From Amoebophrya sp. A120 (Eukaryota; Protista; Dinoflagellata), in contig CAJINV010000004.1 of the NCBI GenBank assembly GCA_905178155.1, positions 7,210,548 to 7,274,547 on the forward strand: DNA of 64,000 nucleotides. Direction: 5' to 3'. Shown here piece after piece: positions 23,001 to 32,975 of this stretch. The translations under genes and the position numbers were made by a program. Under the pieces are notes generated by a model. The model saw nothing but the letters and a program-made list of their open reading frames with translations. It ran no database searches and was not told where the DNA came from. Within the stretch, counting starts at the first letter, position 1. Each line of letters opens with the position of its first letter.

Positions 23001-26000
23001 TCCCCTCCTTTTCTTGTAGGTCGTTTTGGTTTTTTCGTTCAGACTCAGCTCTCTACCTTCCTTTTTTGCGTCGTCGATCCGCTCCTGCGACAGGTCGTGG
23101 TCAGGAATGATCGAGGGCCGCTCCAGATCGTGCGTGGGCCCGGGGTATCATCTGCAATAGTGTCTGGGTCTGGAAGATTGCCAGGTTTGTCATGGTGCAT
23201 ATTTTCCATGACCCATGATGTCTGTGATGCACCATGCCTTACCATCACAGATTCTGCGAGGGCTTTCTGATCATGCTCATACCGCATGAGAAATACCCTC
23301 TCCGCGTAGCAAGAACTCGACCTATTTTGCTCTTTACGCAATACAGATTTTACGTAGAGTCCAGACGTAGCATCACAAGTTTTATGCTTCCAGACCCAGA
23401 CGTATTTGCAATGCATACTGGGTCCTCCGTCCCCTCCTGCGTCTGGTCCGTGACCTTATGGTCCGCCTTCATCACTTCGCGCTGGGCGTCGCGGCCGATT
23501 GCCAGAAGCGGATCGAACTTGGCATTTTCTTGCTGCTGGTGGGATAGCCGCAGCAACGTCACGCTCTCGGGTGCAGCAGGCGAGGACGCGGCAGTAGATT
23601 TTCTGCTTGTCGAGGGAGAAGTTTTCTTGTTGCGCTATAACCCTCTCAGGTGTTACAATCTCAAACGTTACAATAGAGTCTGGAAATCTGTGATGCAAGA
23701 ACTGCATGACCTAGCCTACTCCCATAGGATTGCGCATGACAAGTTTCGGAGTCCCAAACCCACCTGAAATCCGGCGAAATTTGTATTCTTGCGAAAACCA
23801 CAATTCTCTCTGCGTTCCACATGCTCTTTATGCAATACAAAATCCAGATTCTGCTGTAACGTTTGAGATTGTACCGCTTGCGCAGGCCATATGCGCACCT
23901 CCAGTGCCGCGGCTCCCGCTCCGGATGAACCATCAGCTCCGCCGGCAGCACCTGTTATCAAGTGCAAAAGTGTCTGGGTCTGGAAAAGTGTAGACTTGTC
24001 ATGCACATCTTCCATGACCCATGAGGTCTGGAATGCAGGATTTAGCATGACAGACTCTGCGAGGTCTCTGCCATGCCTATCCTGCATGAGAAACTCCCAT
24101 GGGCAAAAGTTTACAGCTTTTGGCACTCATGCAACACAGATTTTTGCATGCTTCAGATTTACCATGACAAGTTGCAATCTTCCAGACCCAGACATTTTTG
24201 CAATTCATACCTGTAGAAGTTGTGTTAGAAGTAGTTGAGTTCGAAGTTGCGTTCTGCTTGGAGGTATGAACTTCAAAAGTATCGCACTCGTGGTAACTGC
24301 TGTTATACATCTTGACAAATCTCTTTTCTGCGGTCGTAAAACAGCATCACAAATTTTATTTGTAATGCTATACGTAGTCACTCTGTAATGCAATTTATAC
24401 GTAGCACGATACTTTTGCAATGCATACGTGGCTGCTGCGCCAGCTGTCGTTACTTGAAATTCGTAGCTTTCCTTGTCTGCCGCCTGGTCCGCAGCAACGA
24501 GCAGGTCGTACTGTGTGTCGGCGAATTCTATCCCGGTCAAGGTCTCTTCGAGGCTGGGTTCGTTTTTTAATTGATTTCCCTCTCCTTTCCCAAACGAGGC
24601 CTTCGGACCAAATGGCACGGACGGCTTCTTGTCGGTTTCGACAGCATTCTTCCCGCTGTCCTCGCCTTTTTCCGGGGCGTCGTGCAGAAACCACCAGGTC
24701 TGCTCCTCCAGCGTCATAGCGGGCAGCGTTGTGGTGGCCACCTCGGTCGTCGACACGGCCGGCTCTTTGCGTCGTGGAGGATGTTGGGGTTGGAGATAGA
24801 AAAGTAGCTATAGAGAAACTCATACTGGCCTACTTCTCTTGCCACAATGCATACTCTATGTATGAAGATCATCTCAGTCCCACCATGGGCAAAAATCTGA
24901 CGATCACGACGAAGTACTACAGGCAAAAAGATTATCAATACTTATCGTCGCCGGTCCAAGTAAGAAATTCGGCCCTTCCTCCTCCACAAAAGTCATCACA
25001 GCCTCGGTCCGCGGGTCCACTGACGGCGCGTACACGTACAGCAGCGGTCCGGTGCTCTGTTCCTCCTGCAACCCGGCGTCTTCCGGGTCGACTTCGTCTT
25101 TCTCCGTGGCGAGAAAGAGATACCCGTCGAGGAAGCTGAGTCCCACCGGCCCCCCGATCTCTCCCTTCGGCGCCAGCGCGGCCGAGGCCGGCTTGGTTTC
25201 CACCGCGATGCTCAACTCCGTGGGTGGCGGCGCCTCCACATTCGTTTCGAACGTGTACGTCGGTGGGGCGTTCGGGTTTGCAGATTGAGAAGTAGAACTC
25301 GCGGCCGGATTGATGTTATTCTGATTGGCACCTCCTGCCGCCGCAGCCGCTGCCGCGGCCTGCTGCTGCGCGGCTTGCTGCGCGGCGGCCGCGGAGATCA
25401 GGCCATTGGCGTTTAGCGACGGGGTTAGAGAGGTTGTTGTTCCAGCACCTGCTCCGGAATTCGCTGCACTCAGGGCGGCAGCCACGTTCAGATATTGACC
25501 GTTGTTTGGCTGCTGTTGAATATTCTGAAGGTCTTTAGATTTGGAAGCGGTCCTCGAGAAAGTTCTTGACATTCTTTGCTTCTCTTTTTCCGCTTTCTTC
25601 ACCTCTTTCAACTTTCGGAAAAGCTGCACCAAGGTCGTCGAGGACGTTTTGGTTTTTTCTTGAAGAAGTGCAGCAGGAGCAGCTCCAGCGGTTGGTGATT
25701 GGTCAGCTGTAGTCTTTTCGCCCGACGCTTTCGAAGACGAGGGCCGTCCTTTCCAGTAGCTCCCGGCAGGTAACTATCCACAGTAAATTTCCCGCACACG
25801 TACAAATGCAGTCTCTGCATGACAAAACTTGCCTTCAATCCTAGTCCAGCATGACAGGTTCGACTATGCAAGGTAGCAAAATTTGTCATGCATTTTGTAC
25901 ATGTACAGGAAATTTACATTGCATAGTAACCGCCACGCGGACGCGGTGGGCGACACGCGCTTGCCTATGCTCTGCAAAACTATCGTACGGTACTCGTAGT

Positions 26001-29000
26001 GCGGTCATGCATGACAGATCTACTTTCTAAGGGAAGATGACAGCATTACAAATTGCATTTTTGTTCTTGAGCAAATTTGTCATGCAATTCAAACTATTAC
26101 GATACTTTTGCAATGCATATTGCCAGCGAAGGGCCGATAGGCTTTTGGCGTCGAGCTGACATCAAACTCGTGCACGAAGCCCCAGCGGCTCAGGGTGTAC
26201 AGCCGCTCCTCCGCACCCAGAGCCACGGCGCCGGCCCCGTAATCCAGATCCACCGGGTCGCCCTTCAAGGCCGGAAATCACAAGAAAAAGTGTTAACGCT
26301 ATTACGGTTTTTCACAGATTGCAGCCTTGCATTACAAATTTAGCGTCCTACGCATGCTATGCATGACAAATTTCGGCGCGTTTTTCGATGCACTGCCGCA
26401 TCACAAATTCCGTATAAGTTAACACTTTTTCGTTTTCCTGTGATACCGGGGATGTCTGCCACAGGCTCTGGTCGTAGAAGGGAAGCCTGTGGTAACGGAG
26501 TAGATAATAAAATTTCATGCGAAAATCATCATCTACTACTTCATGATCATGCCCATACAAGATGCGTCCATAAATTGATGTTGTGCAGTAAGTATGCGCG
26601 TGCAGAACAAGCAGAAATTCTGATGGTGCGTCGAAACAAAGCGAAAGACCTGCTTCAGCTTCTCCATAGCTGCTACTCTACAACAGCAGAGCAGAAGTAA
26701 AAAATGATCCTTACTGGTTCTTCACCGTCTTCCCCACCGGGTCATACTGGTACAGCTTGTCCGTCGCTGTGAGTATCAAATGCAAATATGTCTGGGTCTG
26801 GAAGATTACCAGGTTTCTCATGCATATTTTGCATGACCCAGAAGGTCTGGAATGTGGGCTCTAGCATCACAAGTTTTGAGATGGCTACGCAATGCTAAAT
26901 CCGCATGAGAAATGCCGCCTTCTGGTAACCAAAACTGAGGACTTTTGCTGGTCACGCAATACAGATTTTTGCATCGATCAGTTTTAGCATGACAAACTCG
27001 GACTCTTCCAGACCCAGACATTTTTGCAATCCTTAGTGAGCTATGCACTGCAAAAGCACCGCGCTCGTTGTACGAATCGCAGCAACGCATTTAAAAAATC
27101 TCTTCCTCAGGGTAAGAAAGTCCGCATATACACATTTTCATTATACTTCTCATGCTGAGGAATTTTCTCATGCGATTAATTTTATGATACAAGCACCATA
27201 CTTTTGCACAGGATATGAGCCACATCTGGTCCCGCCCGTCCGTGTACACTTTCTTGGTCAAATATCCAAGAAAAAAACTATGTTAGTGTAAGTGTAACTT
27301 TCTTTGGCTGACAGCATTACAGATTTGCTCTACATGACAGAGAAAACCTCTGATGCGTGGCTTCTAAGGGAAAGCACACACGAAAAGAGGACTTCGTGGT
27401 TGTCTGGCATGACAGGTGTAACTCTGTTGCATGTTCTGCATCACAGATTTACACTTACAAAGTTTTTTTGTTGCATATCAAACTCCCCCCGTCCGGCAGC
27501 TGGTACTCCGCGTTTTCCTCGTTGATGGCCTGGGAATAGTCCTCACTCAAAGGGTATGAACTGCAAAAGTATCGTACTAGTAGTGATTGCAATACAAATT
27601 TCCTTAGCATTAGAAATGGAACTTGTAATGCGGATGCAACTTAGTAAAAAGATTTGCAATGCATGACTGCAATTACAACTACGAGGGAGTACGATGCTCT
27701 TGCAATGCATAAAGGGATGGGATCGATGCTGTCCGCGATGTCGAGATTATCCCGGGTCATCTTCAGGTACCGCACACCCTTCGGCGTGACGAACCGCTGG
27801 GTGACGGGCTCGCCACCGAACATCTTGTCGAAATTTTTCGCCAGGACGGCCTTGAACTGCATAGCCGCGCGCCCGGGCAGTTTTTTATTCAGTTCCTGCT
27901 CCCGCTTCGTGTGGTGCAGCACTTCGTGCAGGTGCTGCTTCTCCGCGGCAAGCGTCTTCTGCAGCGTCTCCAAGGTGAAGTCGTCTTGCTTGCGGAGCAT
28001 GTGGCTCTTAGCTTCTTCTTTATCCGAGATTTCGCGCCGGCCAGTCTCCAGGGTAGAGATGGACATCTGATGTTCAAGAAAGTAGAATTGAATTTATGTG
28101 CTGGCGATTTTTTTCGAAATGTGGTCACACACACCATGAAGATACTCGAAAAAAGTATACAACTGGTACTGCGCCGTGTGCCGCACAACTTCAGTCAAAA
28201 ACAAAATTGAAATTCATCAACGCCATACCAGAAAAAAAATCTGTACTACTGCGACCGTATACTTTACTACCTGTGCCTTCTTCAGCGGAAACCAGCCGTG
28301 ATCCACGGCTACCCCCGTCAGACTGGTGGCCGCCAACGTGGCCGGCAGCGTTTTATCCTGTGCAAAAAGTATCGCACTTATAGTTGTAATTGCAGTAATG
28401 CATTACAAATCTTCTTCTCGAGGCAAATCCGCATTACAAATTCCATTTCTAATGCTAAGGAAATTTGTCATGCCATTTATACTAGCTACGATACTTTTTC
28501 TTTTGCAGTTCATACGTCTCCACCCGCGTGCCCATGCTTTCCAAGTCCAAGTGCAGCAAACTCGGCTCATTCTATATCGTGAGAAAAAAGCGTTTCACTG
28601 TAAAGTAAGGATTTTGCAAGTTTTACATCACAAGTTTGTTCTGCATGACAGAGAAAATTTGTCATGCGAGATTCCCAAGGAAAACACAGCTAAAAATGCA
28701 CTGTCTTGCATGTGTAGCAAGACAAACACTTCTGACTTCTCAGATTACATTTTCTGCATGACAAGTTTACAGTGAAACAGTTTTTTTCTTGGATATTCTC
28801 GGTCGTGAACACCAGCTCGCCACCGGAAACGGCGATGCCCGAGGCTTTTATGGCGTTCTCAAATGTTACATTCTCAACTGTTTGTCATGCAGAATTACCA
28901 TCAAAACCGACGCGATCAAGCTGCTTCGCATGACAAATTCTCGAAATGCCAAACAGGCTGAGAATCTTTCTCCTGTGCCACATCTGTCATGCAAGACGCG

Positions 29001-30296
29001 GAAGGTCACGGCATTCACTTTTGCCATTCTTGCATCACATATTCCTGTACTAACAGTTGAGAATGTAAGAACAGTTGAGAACGCCATAGCTTTCGTCGTC
29101 GGCTTGTCCGTGCCCCACGTCAAATCCGTAACTTTGGAACACGTCTGCGGAACTATGGCGTCTTGCTGTGCGTAGCTCTTGTGCCGCGAGAGCGCACTGA
29201 TAATTTCGGACGTTGGTGCTGGGGAAAGAGCCAGGTCTTGATTGTTTTTCGAGGTGGAAGCAGGAGATGTTTGTGTTTCATCGTGCAGATCCTTGTCTTG
29301 GAAATATTGTCTGATGTGGTGCCCATCTTCCGTGTCGTACTCTTCGGAAGACCAATGCTGCTGCTGCTCCTGTACTGGTTTCTTGATATTCGCGCCGCTG
29401 TGCTTCACAAGTTGGAAGTACCCGTGTGTGCCGTCGTGGACGATTTTGTTTTTCTCTTCTCCTTCTCCATTTTGTGCTTCTTCTTGTTTCTCCTCCTTTT
29501 TTACTTTCTGCACGACGAGATCTTGCTTCCCGATTCGAAGCGGAAGGACGCCGTCGTCGTCGTCGTCGTTGCTACTTCTACCTGAGTTGCTTGAAGTGGA
29601 GCGACCTGCCGTTCTTTCCCCATCAAGAACGCTCTTTTTGTCTACTTCGTCCTCCGTTGCTTCGCTCACTCGCACCCAGTTGACGTCTTCGTCCTTTTTT
29701 TCTTTAGAAGCAATCTTCTCATGCTCATGGTCGTGATGCACTGCAGTAGATGAAGATGATGCTGTTGCAGCACTCGTCGCGGCCGAAGTAGACTTCTTTG
29801 CCTTCACATTTTTAGTCCTCGCCGTCGCCGCGCCCGCGGAGAGAGATGAGGCGGCCACGAAGCAGCTGGTATGATCTGGCAAGAAACTGGAACCACTTCT
29901 GGAGAGGATCCCTGGAAGAAGTAGGTCCTGCACCACCAGTAGCGCTGAGGCCGTGGAGGCTGCGACGAGCTTTGCCATGCTGTTCTTGGAGCTGGACGAT
30001 GAACATGAATAAGATGTGGTCGGCTGATAAGGCCGATGCGACTGCGGTCTTTCTTGCCCTCGGCAAGAAAGCGGATATTGGTCTGCGATACTGATACCGC
30101 AGGCTCTTGCTTTCCTTGATGAGGAGGAGCACGCGGACGGTGTGGCAGGGGATATTGGGACGTACGTGTTTTCCTGCTGTAAGAGAAGGCTGCGTGGCAC
30201 GGCAGCGGCGGTCGTTATATGGCTCTTGGAGTCCAGATCTTCACGGCCGTCGGTGTCGTCGGCCACGCTGCCTGAGCAGGGCGTGCTGAGCGTCAT
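5077..30296 (-). CDS. Giant multi-exon gene (~43 introns, ~4,200 aa): beta-propeller-like segments separated by very long charged and Ser/Thr/Ala-rich low-complexity inserts
   Basis: Frame is restored at the junctions I translated (e.g. KASGIAVSGGELVFTTENEPSLLHLDL; RKSLKGFAVYAVHAKTGALHRFDL...VEE*). Start is 30296 or 29978 (MAKLVAASTASALLVV). One junction (~24770-24945) is unresolved, and there is one in-frame TAG at 7381-7383. Confidence 0.7.
5207..5356. mobile_element. Introner family A
   Basis: tcttc|tatcctgtgcaaaagtatcg...cgatacttttgcagtgcata|tcttc; excision gives RKSLKGF. Confidence 0.93.
6000..6261. mobile_element. Introner family C
   Basis: cggac DR; gggtctggaa TIR. Confidence 0.92.
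7212..7360. mobile_element. Introner family A
   Basis: tggtg DR; tatgaactgcaaaagtatcg...gatacttttgaagaggata. Confidence 0.92.
7440..7590. mobile_element. Introner family G
   Basis: ctcct DR; tatccacaggaaatttc...gaaatttgtattgcata; sibling at 25775. Confidence 0.9.
7770..7979. mobile_element. Introner family E
   Basis: cgcga DR; TIR aagaaaaaactgtttcactgtg. Confidence 0.92.
8187..9455. mobile_element. Old, enlarged introner containing nested repetitive DNA
   Basis: tat...ata ends with a decayed DR (cggag/cgttg); excision gives EEQREAKTEE in frame. Confidence 0.65.
8752..9152. repeat. About 6 copies of an AT-rich ~30-40-bp repeat (aatccgcgaaatttyaaaattttattttt)
   Basis: Copies near 8752, 8793, 8935, 9040, 9080 and 9121. 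Confidence 0.75.
9506..9614. mobile_element. Introner family H (109 bp)
   Basis: gcagt DR; sibling of identical length at 62661-62769. Confidence 0.85.
9814..10066. mobile_element. Introner family C
   Basis: tcgct DR; family C TIR. Confidence 0.92.
10110..10366. mobile_element. Introner family C
   Basis: cgttt DR; left end mutated to cat. Confidence 0.9.
10400..10574. mobile_element. Introner family A, decayed
   Basis: DR cgtgt/catat; excision gives NKDMPVGGEP in frame. Confidence 0.75.
10711..11001. mobile_element. Introner family F
   Basis: cttcc|tatcctgagtaaaaacgt...acgtttttactcaggata|cttcc. Confidence 0.92.
11608..12613. mobile_element. Old introner with a nested ~755-bp insertion
   Basis: TIR tatggc...gcaag(a/g)atcatgatc; excision gives EMRKVLSAEAEEE; internal 22-bp direct repeat at 11688-11709 and 12443-12464. 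Confidence 0.75.
13008..13219. mobile_element. Introner family E
   Basis: agctg DR; family E TIR. Confidence 0.92.
13734..13980. mobile_element. Introner family I
   Basis: tcgcg|tatggcattgcacaactccc...gggagttgtgcactgtcata|tcgcg. Confidence 0.9.
16272..17135. repeat. Tandem array of about 9 x 96-bp GC-rich units, each containing a hairpin
   Basis: Units start at 16272, 16368, 16471, 16567, 16663, 16759, 16855, 16955 and 17047; core cctaggtca-tga-cgcgggga-ccgag-tccccgcg-c-tgacctagg. Confidence 0.92.
17210..17480. repeat. ggggtgtgtc(t/c)-type short repeats followed by inverted copies (catacccccgaa)
   Basis: Direct copies at 17217-17373 and reverse-complement copies at 17438-17480. Confidence 0.7.
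17741..18048. other. Degenerate non-canonical intron (boundaries approximate)
   Basis: Removal joins SGEDKH to SLKKKVTKSM; only traces of TIR and DR remain. Confidence 0.5.
18146..18323. mobile_element. Introner family A, decayed DR
   Basis: DR ccgac/ctgcc; excision gives TQAEEVAAEE. Confidence 0.8.
18392..18540. mobile_element. Introner family A
   Basis: ccttt DR; family A TIR. Confidence 0.92.
19083..19350. mobile_element. Introner family C
   Basis: agaat DR; family C TIR. Confidence 0.92.
19839..20118. mobile_element. Introner family F
   Basis: cctcg DR; tatcctgagtaaaa TIR. Confidence 0.92.
20180..20334. mobile_element. Introner family A
   Basis: ggaag DR; family A TIR. Confidence 0.9.
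20438..20584. mobile_element. Introner family A
   Basis: gtagg DR; family A TIR. Confidence 0.9.
20794..21100. mobile_element. Introner family B (307 bp)
   Basis: ccgca DR; TIR of about 55 bp, tatggatgcgtcagg...aacaaagttgaaata. Confidence 0.92.
21170..21442. mobile_element. Introner family C
   Basis: tcgag DR; family C TIR. Confidence 0.9.
22217..22378. mobile_element. Introner family A, decayed
   Basis: DR gcgtt/gctcc; excision gives SMEQPEEDG. Confidence 0.75.
22665..22785. mobile_element. Introner family A, internally deleted (121 bp)
   Basis: tgcgc DR; family A TIR. Confidence 0.9.
23146..23417. mobile_element. Introner family C
   Basis: DR cgggg/ctggg; excision gives EDPGPTHDL. Confidence 0.9.
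23636..23891. mobile_element. Introner, family D-related
   Basis: tgcgc DR; TIR core acaatctcaaacgttaca. Confidence 0.88.
23956..24209. mobile_element. Introner family C
   Basis: cctgt DR; family C TIR. Confidence 0.92.
24265..24426. mobile_element. Introner family A
   Basis: DR ggagg/cgtgg; excision gives AATKQNATS. Confidence 0.82.
25775..25925. mobile_element. Introner family G
   Basis: gtaac DR; 151 bp, the same length as the 7440 copy. Confidence 0.9.
25966..26119. mobile_element. Introner family A
   Basis: ttgcc DR; family A TIR. Confidence 0.9.
26276..26445. mobile_element. Introner (additional family), absent from the paralog
   Basis: DR ccgga/ccggg; TIR core gaaaaagtgttaac; empty site at 550-554. 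Confidence 0.88.
26490..26736. mobile_element. Degenerate introner (shared with 594-850)
   Basis: Same position and similar sequence in both gene copies. Confidence 0.55.
26774..27035. mobile_element. Introner family C, absent from the paralog
   Basis: gtgag DR; empty site at 883-887. Confidence 0.92.
27042..27215. mobile_element. Introner family A
   Basis: tgagc DR; same site as 889-1064. Confidence 0.9.
27263..27477. mobile_element. Introner family E-like
   Basis: tcaaa DR; same site as 1112-1308. Confidence 0.88.
27555..27711. mobile_element. Introner family A
   Basis: aaggg DR; family A TIR. Confidence 0.9.
28067..28270 (-). other. Canonical GT-AG intron
   Basis: Minus strand cag|gtagta...catcag|atg joins KKAQ to MSISTLE in frame. 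Confidence 0.7.
28354..28514. mobile_element. Introner family A
   Basis: DR cgttt/cgtct; family A TIR. Confidence 0.88.
28575..28795. mobile_element. Introner family E
   Basis: DR ttcta/ttctc; family E TIR. Confidence 0.88.
28849..29088. mobile_element. Introner family D
   Basis: gcttt DR; tatggcgttctcaa TIR. Confidence 0.92.
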
Positions 30297-32975
30297 CCTT
30301 CCTTTATTCGCTATCCCGTCTTCATCCCCATATTAGTATTTCGAAGCGCTCACATCATCACATCACACCAGTCTTGTCTCTGGTACTTACTGTTTGGTTG
30401 CGTTGCTGGCGTGGAAAAAGAAATGACAGAATACGATGCAGGCACTCTATGTCAGTCTTGCCTTTTTCGTCTCTCAACATGCGCCCATCTTCGCCAGTGC
30501 TGGCTGACAAAACACCTTGTCAGTCTGCTCTCGTCAGCTGCACAAAAAGACACTCGCACTCAGAGACAATTTCAATCGCTCAAACCTTCGGCGGGTTTTT
30601 ATTTTTGGCAGCTAGAATCGTACGTGACAGAAAACAACTCATACTCAGCTACCGCTCCGCGCGCACTCAATGCACCTACGCAACCAACAAGCAGTTAGGA
30701 ACCACAGTTACAGTTGTTGGGCACAAGTCACAGGAGCGCTGGTATCCTTGGCGCGAGAACAAAACACGACAAACAACAAACCTCGGCGAACGTGGTTCTG
30801 GCGTAGGAAACAGAAGACATGAACTGGATAATACTTCGAATGAAACTGCTGGGACCGAGAGAACGCGCGCGCCCCCGGATCAACGCGCGGGCAGGCCACG
30901 CTCGGTCGCTGCTTGCGTGCAGCTGGCAGGCTGGCAGGCCTGCCACCGCGCACATTGGCTTTTGTTCGCTGGCGCCAGCGGGCCACGGCGAACAGCCGCG
31001 GCTCGCCCCTCTCCGGAAAACTAACCGGCAACCGCTCCGCACTCGTGCCATGGATCACAGAACCGGACTGGGCCCACTGTTGCGGGACACCCGCATCGGC
31101 AGCAAAAAGCGGCCAACCAGCGCGCGGACAAGACACAGACAACCAGCGGCCTGAACGAAGACGGGCACCCACTGCGCCCCCGGCGAGCGAGCGCGGCGGG
31201 AGGAGCAGCGCTCTTCGCGCGCTCGTAATATGATAAAAGGGCAGGCGCCACGCACCACGCTGCCCAATTTTCGCTCGGGGGCGCCGCGGCGGCGTCGGCT
31301 TGATGCGTGCCGCTCTGGTAAGGCTTGCGCGCGTCGCCGTCGGGAAACGCGCCGGCGGTACCGGATTAAAAGCTCCCCCTTGAAATTCTGCGAGCATACC
31401 CGGACGGGACGGCAGCCAACGCCAACACTTCGCGGCCGGGCGCCCATCTTCTGCTTTTTTTCCCGCAGCTCTCTCCATCTCCTTTGGTATTGCTATTGGT
31501 AGAATGAAGCAAGAGACATTCGCTCGACGCTCGCCTCGTGCAGACAGAAGTAAAAAATAACAACTCAACTCTCGAGTCATCATCATCATCATCATCTTGC
31601 TAGCATAGGGGAGGGCTGCTAGGGGTTTTGGGGCGTGTCCTCGTTATCGTTTAATGCAGCATTCGAAGATGGGGTAGTGCAGAATGCTGTGGTCGAGATC
31701 GAATAGCAACTCTATTTGTTGTCGTCTGTCATCGAAATGTCGCACATCAATCGACTTCAAGATCGGCACGCTCGGGAATAGGATCGAGGCCAGCCAACCC
31801 TAAACCCGAGTATTTTTAACTCGCGCAAGACCATCCTTTACAACCTCCGAAATGAATGCATGATCCGGGAGGGCTGAGCCTGTGCCTGAACATCGTATGA
31901 AAAACCTGCAGCCGCAGCGAGAAGTCCTACACCATCCGCGAAAGGGAAACAGGTCAGGCAAGAACATTCCTGACGCTGTTCTTGCGTTGTAGTATTTGCG
32001 TCTTTGTACACAGCATTTGGTAACATCAAACTCTTCCAGTCTTGCTATTGTACTCGAGCGAATTATTCATCGGTACTGACTGAGCCCGAAATTTTTATCC
32101 TCAGGAGGTAATTTTGTGTCAAGATTCATTAGCGACCAAACATTGAAACTCACACACCACAACATCTGAGCCACCTCTACTTCCCTGTCGTCCAACGACC
32201 TGTGCACAAAAAGCTCGTGCTGGTGGTTCGTTCCCGCATGAAGATCGTCCTTTAAATGGGTGATGTTGTCCCGCTCTACTATCCAGCATGCGCTATTAGT
32301 TTCAAGTTCTTCGATAGAGTACAGGTTGTGGTAAATTTAGGCCGAACTTCTAGATGAAAAGTGGGTACTAGCAAGAATTTCAAATTTAAATCGGTTGTAA
32401 ACTTTGCGACAAACTATTACTACCAGTTCTTGTGTATAAACACGACTAGCGTTAGAAAGAATAATCAAGGTGGTGCTATATTCTGTAAAAACGGTTGTAT
32501 ATTAAACAAGGAAACTGTAAACTTCTCTTGATGCGGGGCTGCTAGCGCCCTGTGCAATGATGCCGGCTATGAAAGAAGCGGCTCCTAGAAATGCTAGCAG
32601 CACATCTTGTCGCTACCCTAGAAGTGCTAGCAGCACATCTGTCCTTGTTCCTGCCCTTGCGCTAGCAGTCATCTTAGTTTTCAGCAGGCTGTCTGCTGTC
32701 TGACTATCTCGAATTCTACTACTTCTGCGTCTGATAAACGGTTTCTATATCCACCTGATTGTCTGATGATGTAAGCTAAAAACGGTCCTTTGTGTCTGAT
32801 GTCTAACTACTGAAAACGGTTCCTTTTCTGCTCTAGTATTGTGTGTCATCCAAAACTTTAAAATATTTCTCTTGCTGTTTTTTCGAATAGTTTTGATGCT
32901 GCGAAAGTTGAATCGATTATTTAAACGCACAACTCGCCCTTCACTACATCTTATTTCCCGAAAAATACTTCATCT

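Noticed and set aside
24760-24950. Exact boundaries of an intron needed to join the flanking exons
   Set aside because: Neither a TIR/DR solution nor a convincing GT-AG solution could be fixed by eye, so it is not listed as a feature.
889-29088. Recurring short ORF motifs (PDPDIFA, CAKVSY, AKMSGSGR, YPVQKYRT) as a peptide family
   Set aside because: They are translations of introner TIRs in various frames.
32580-32670. gctagcagcacatct repeated two to three times
   Set aside because: Short local duplication with no further structure.
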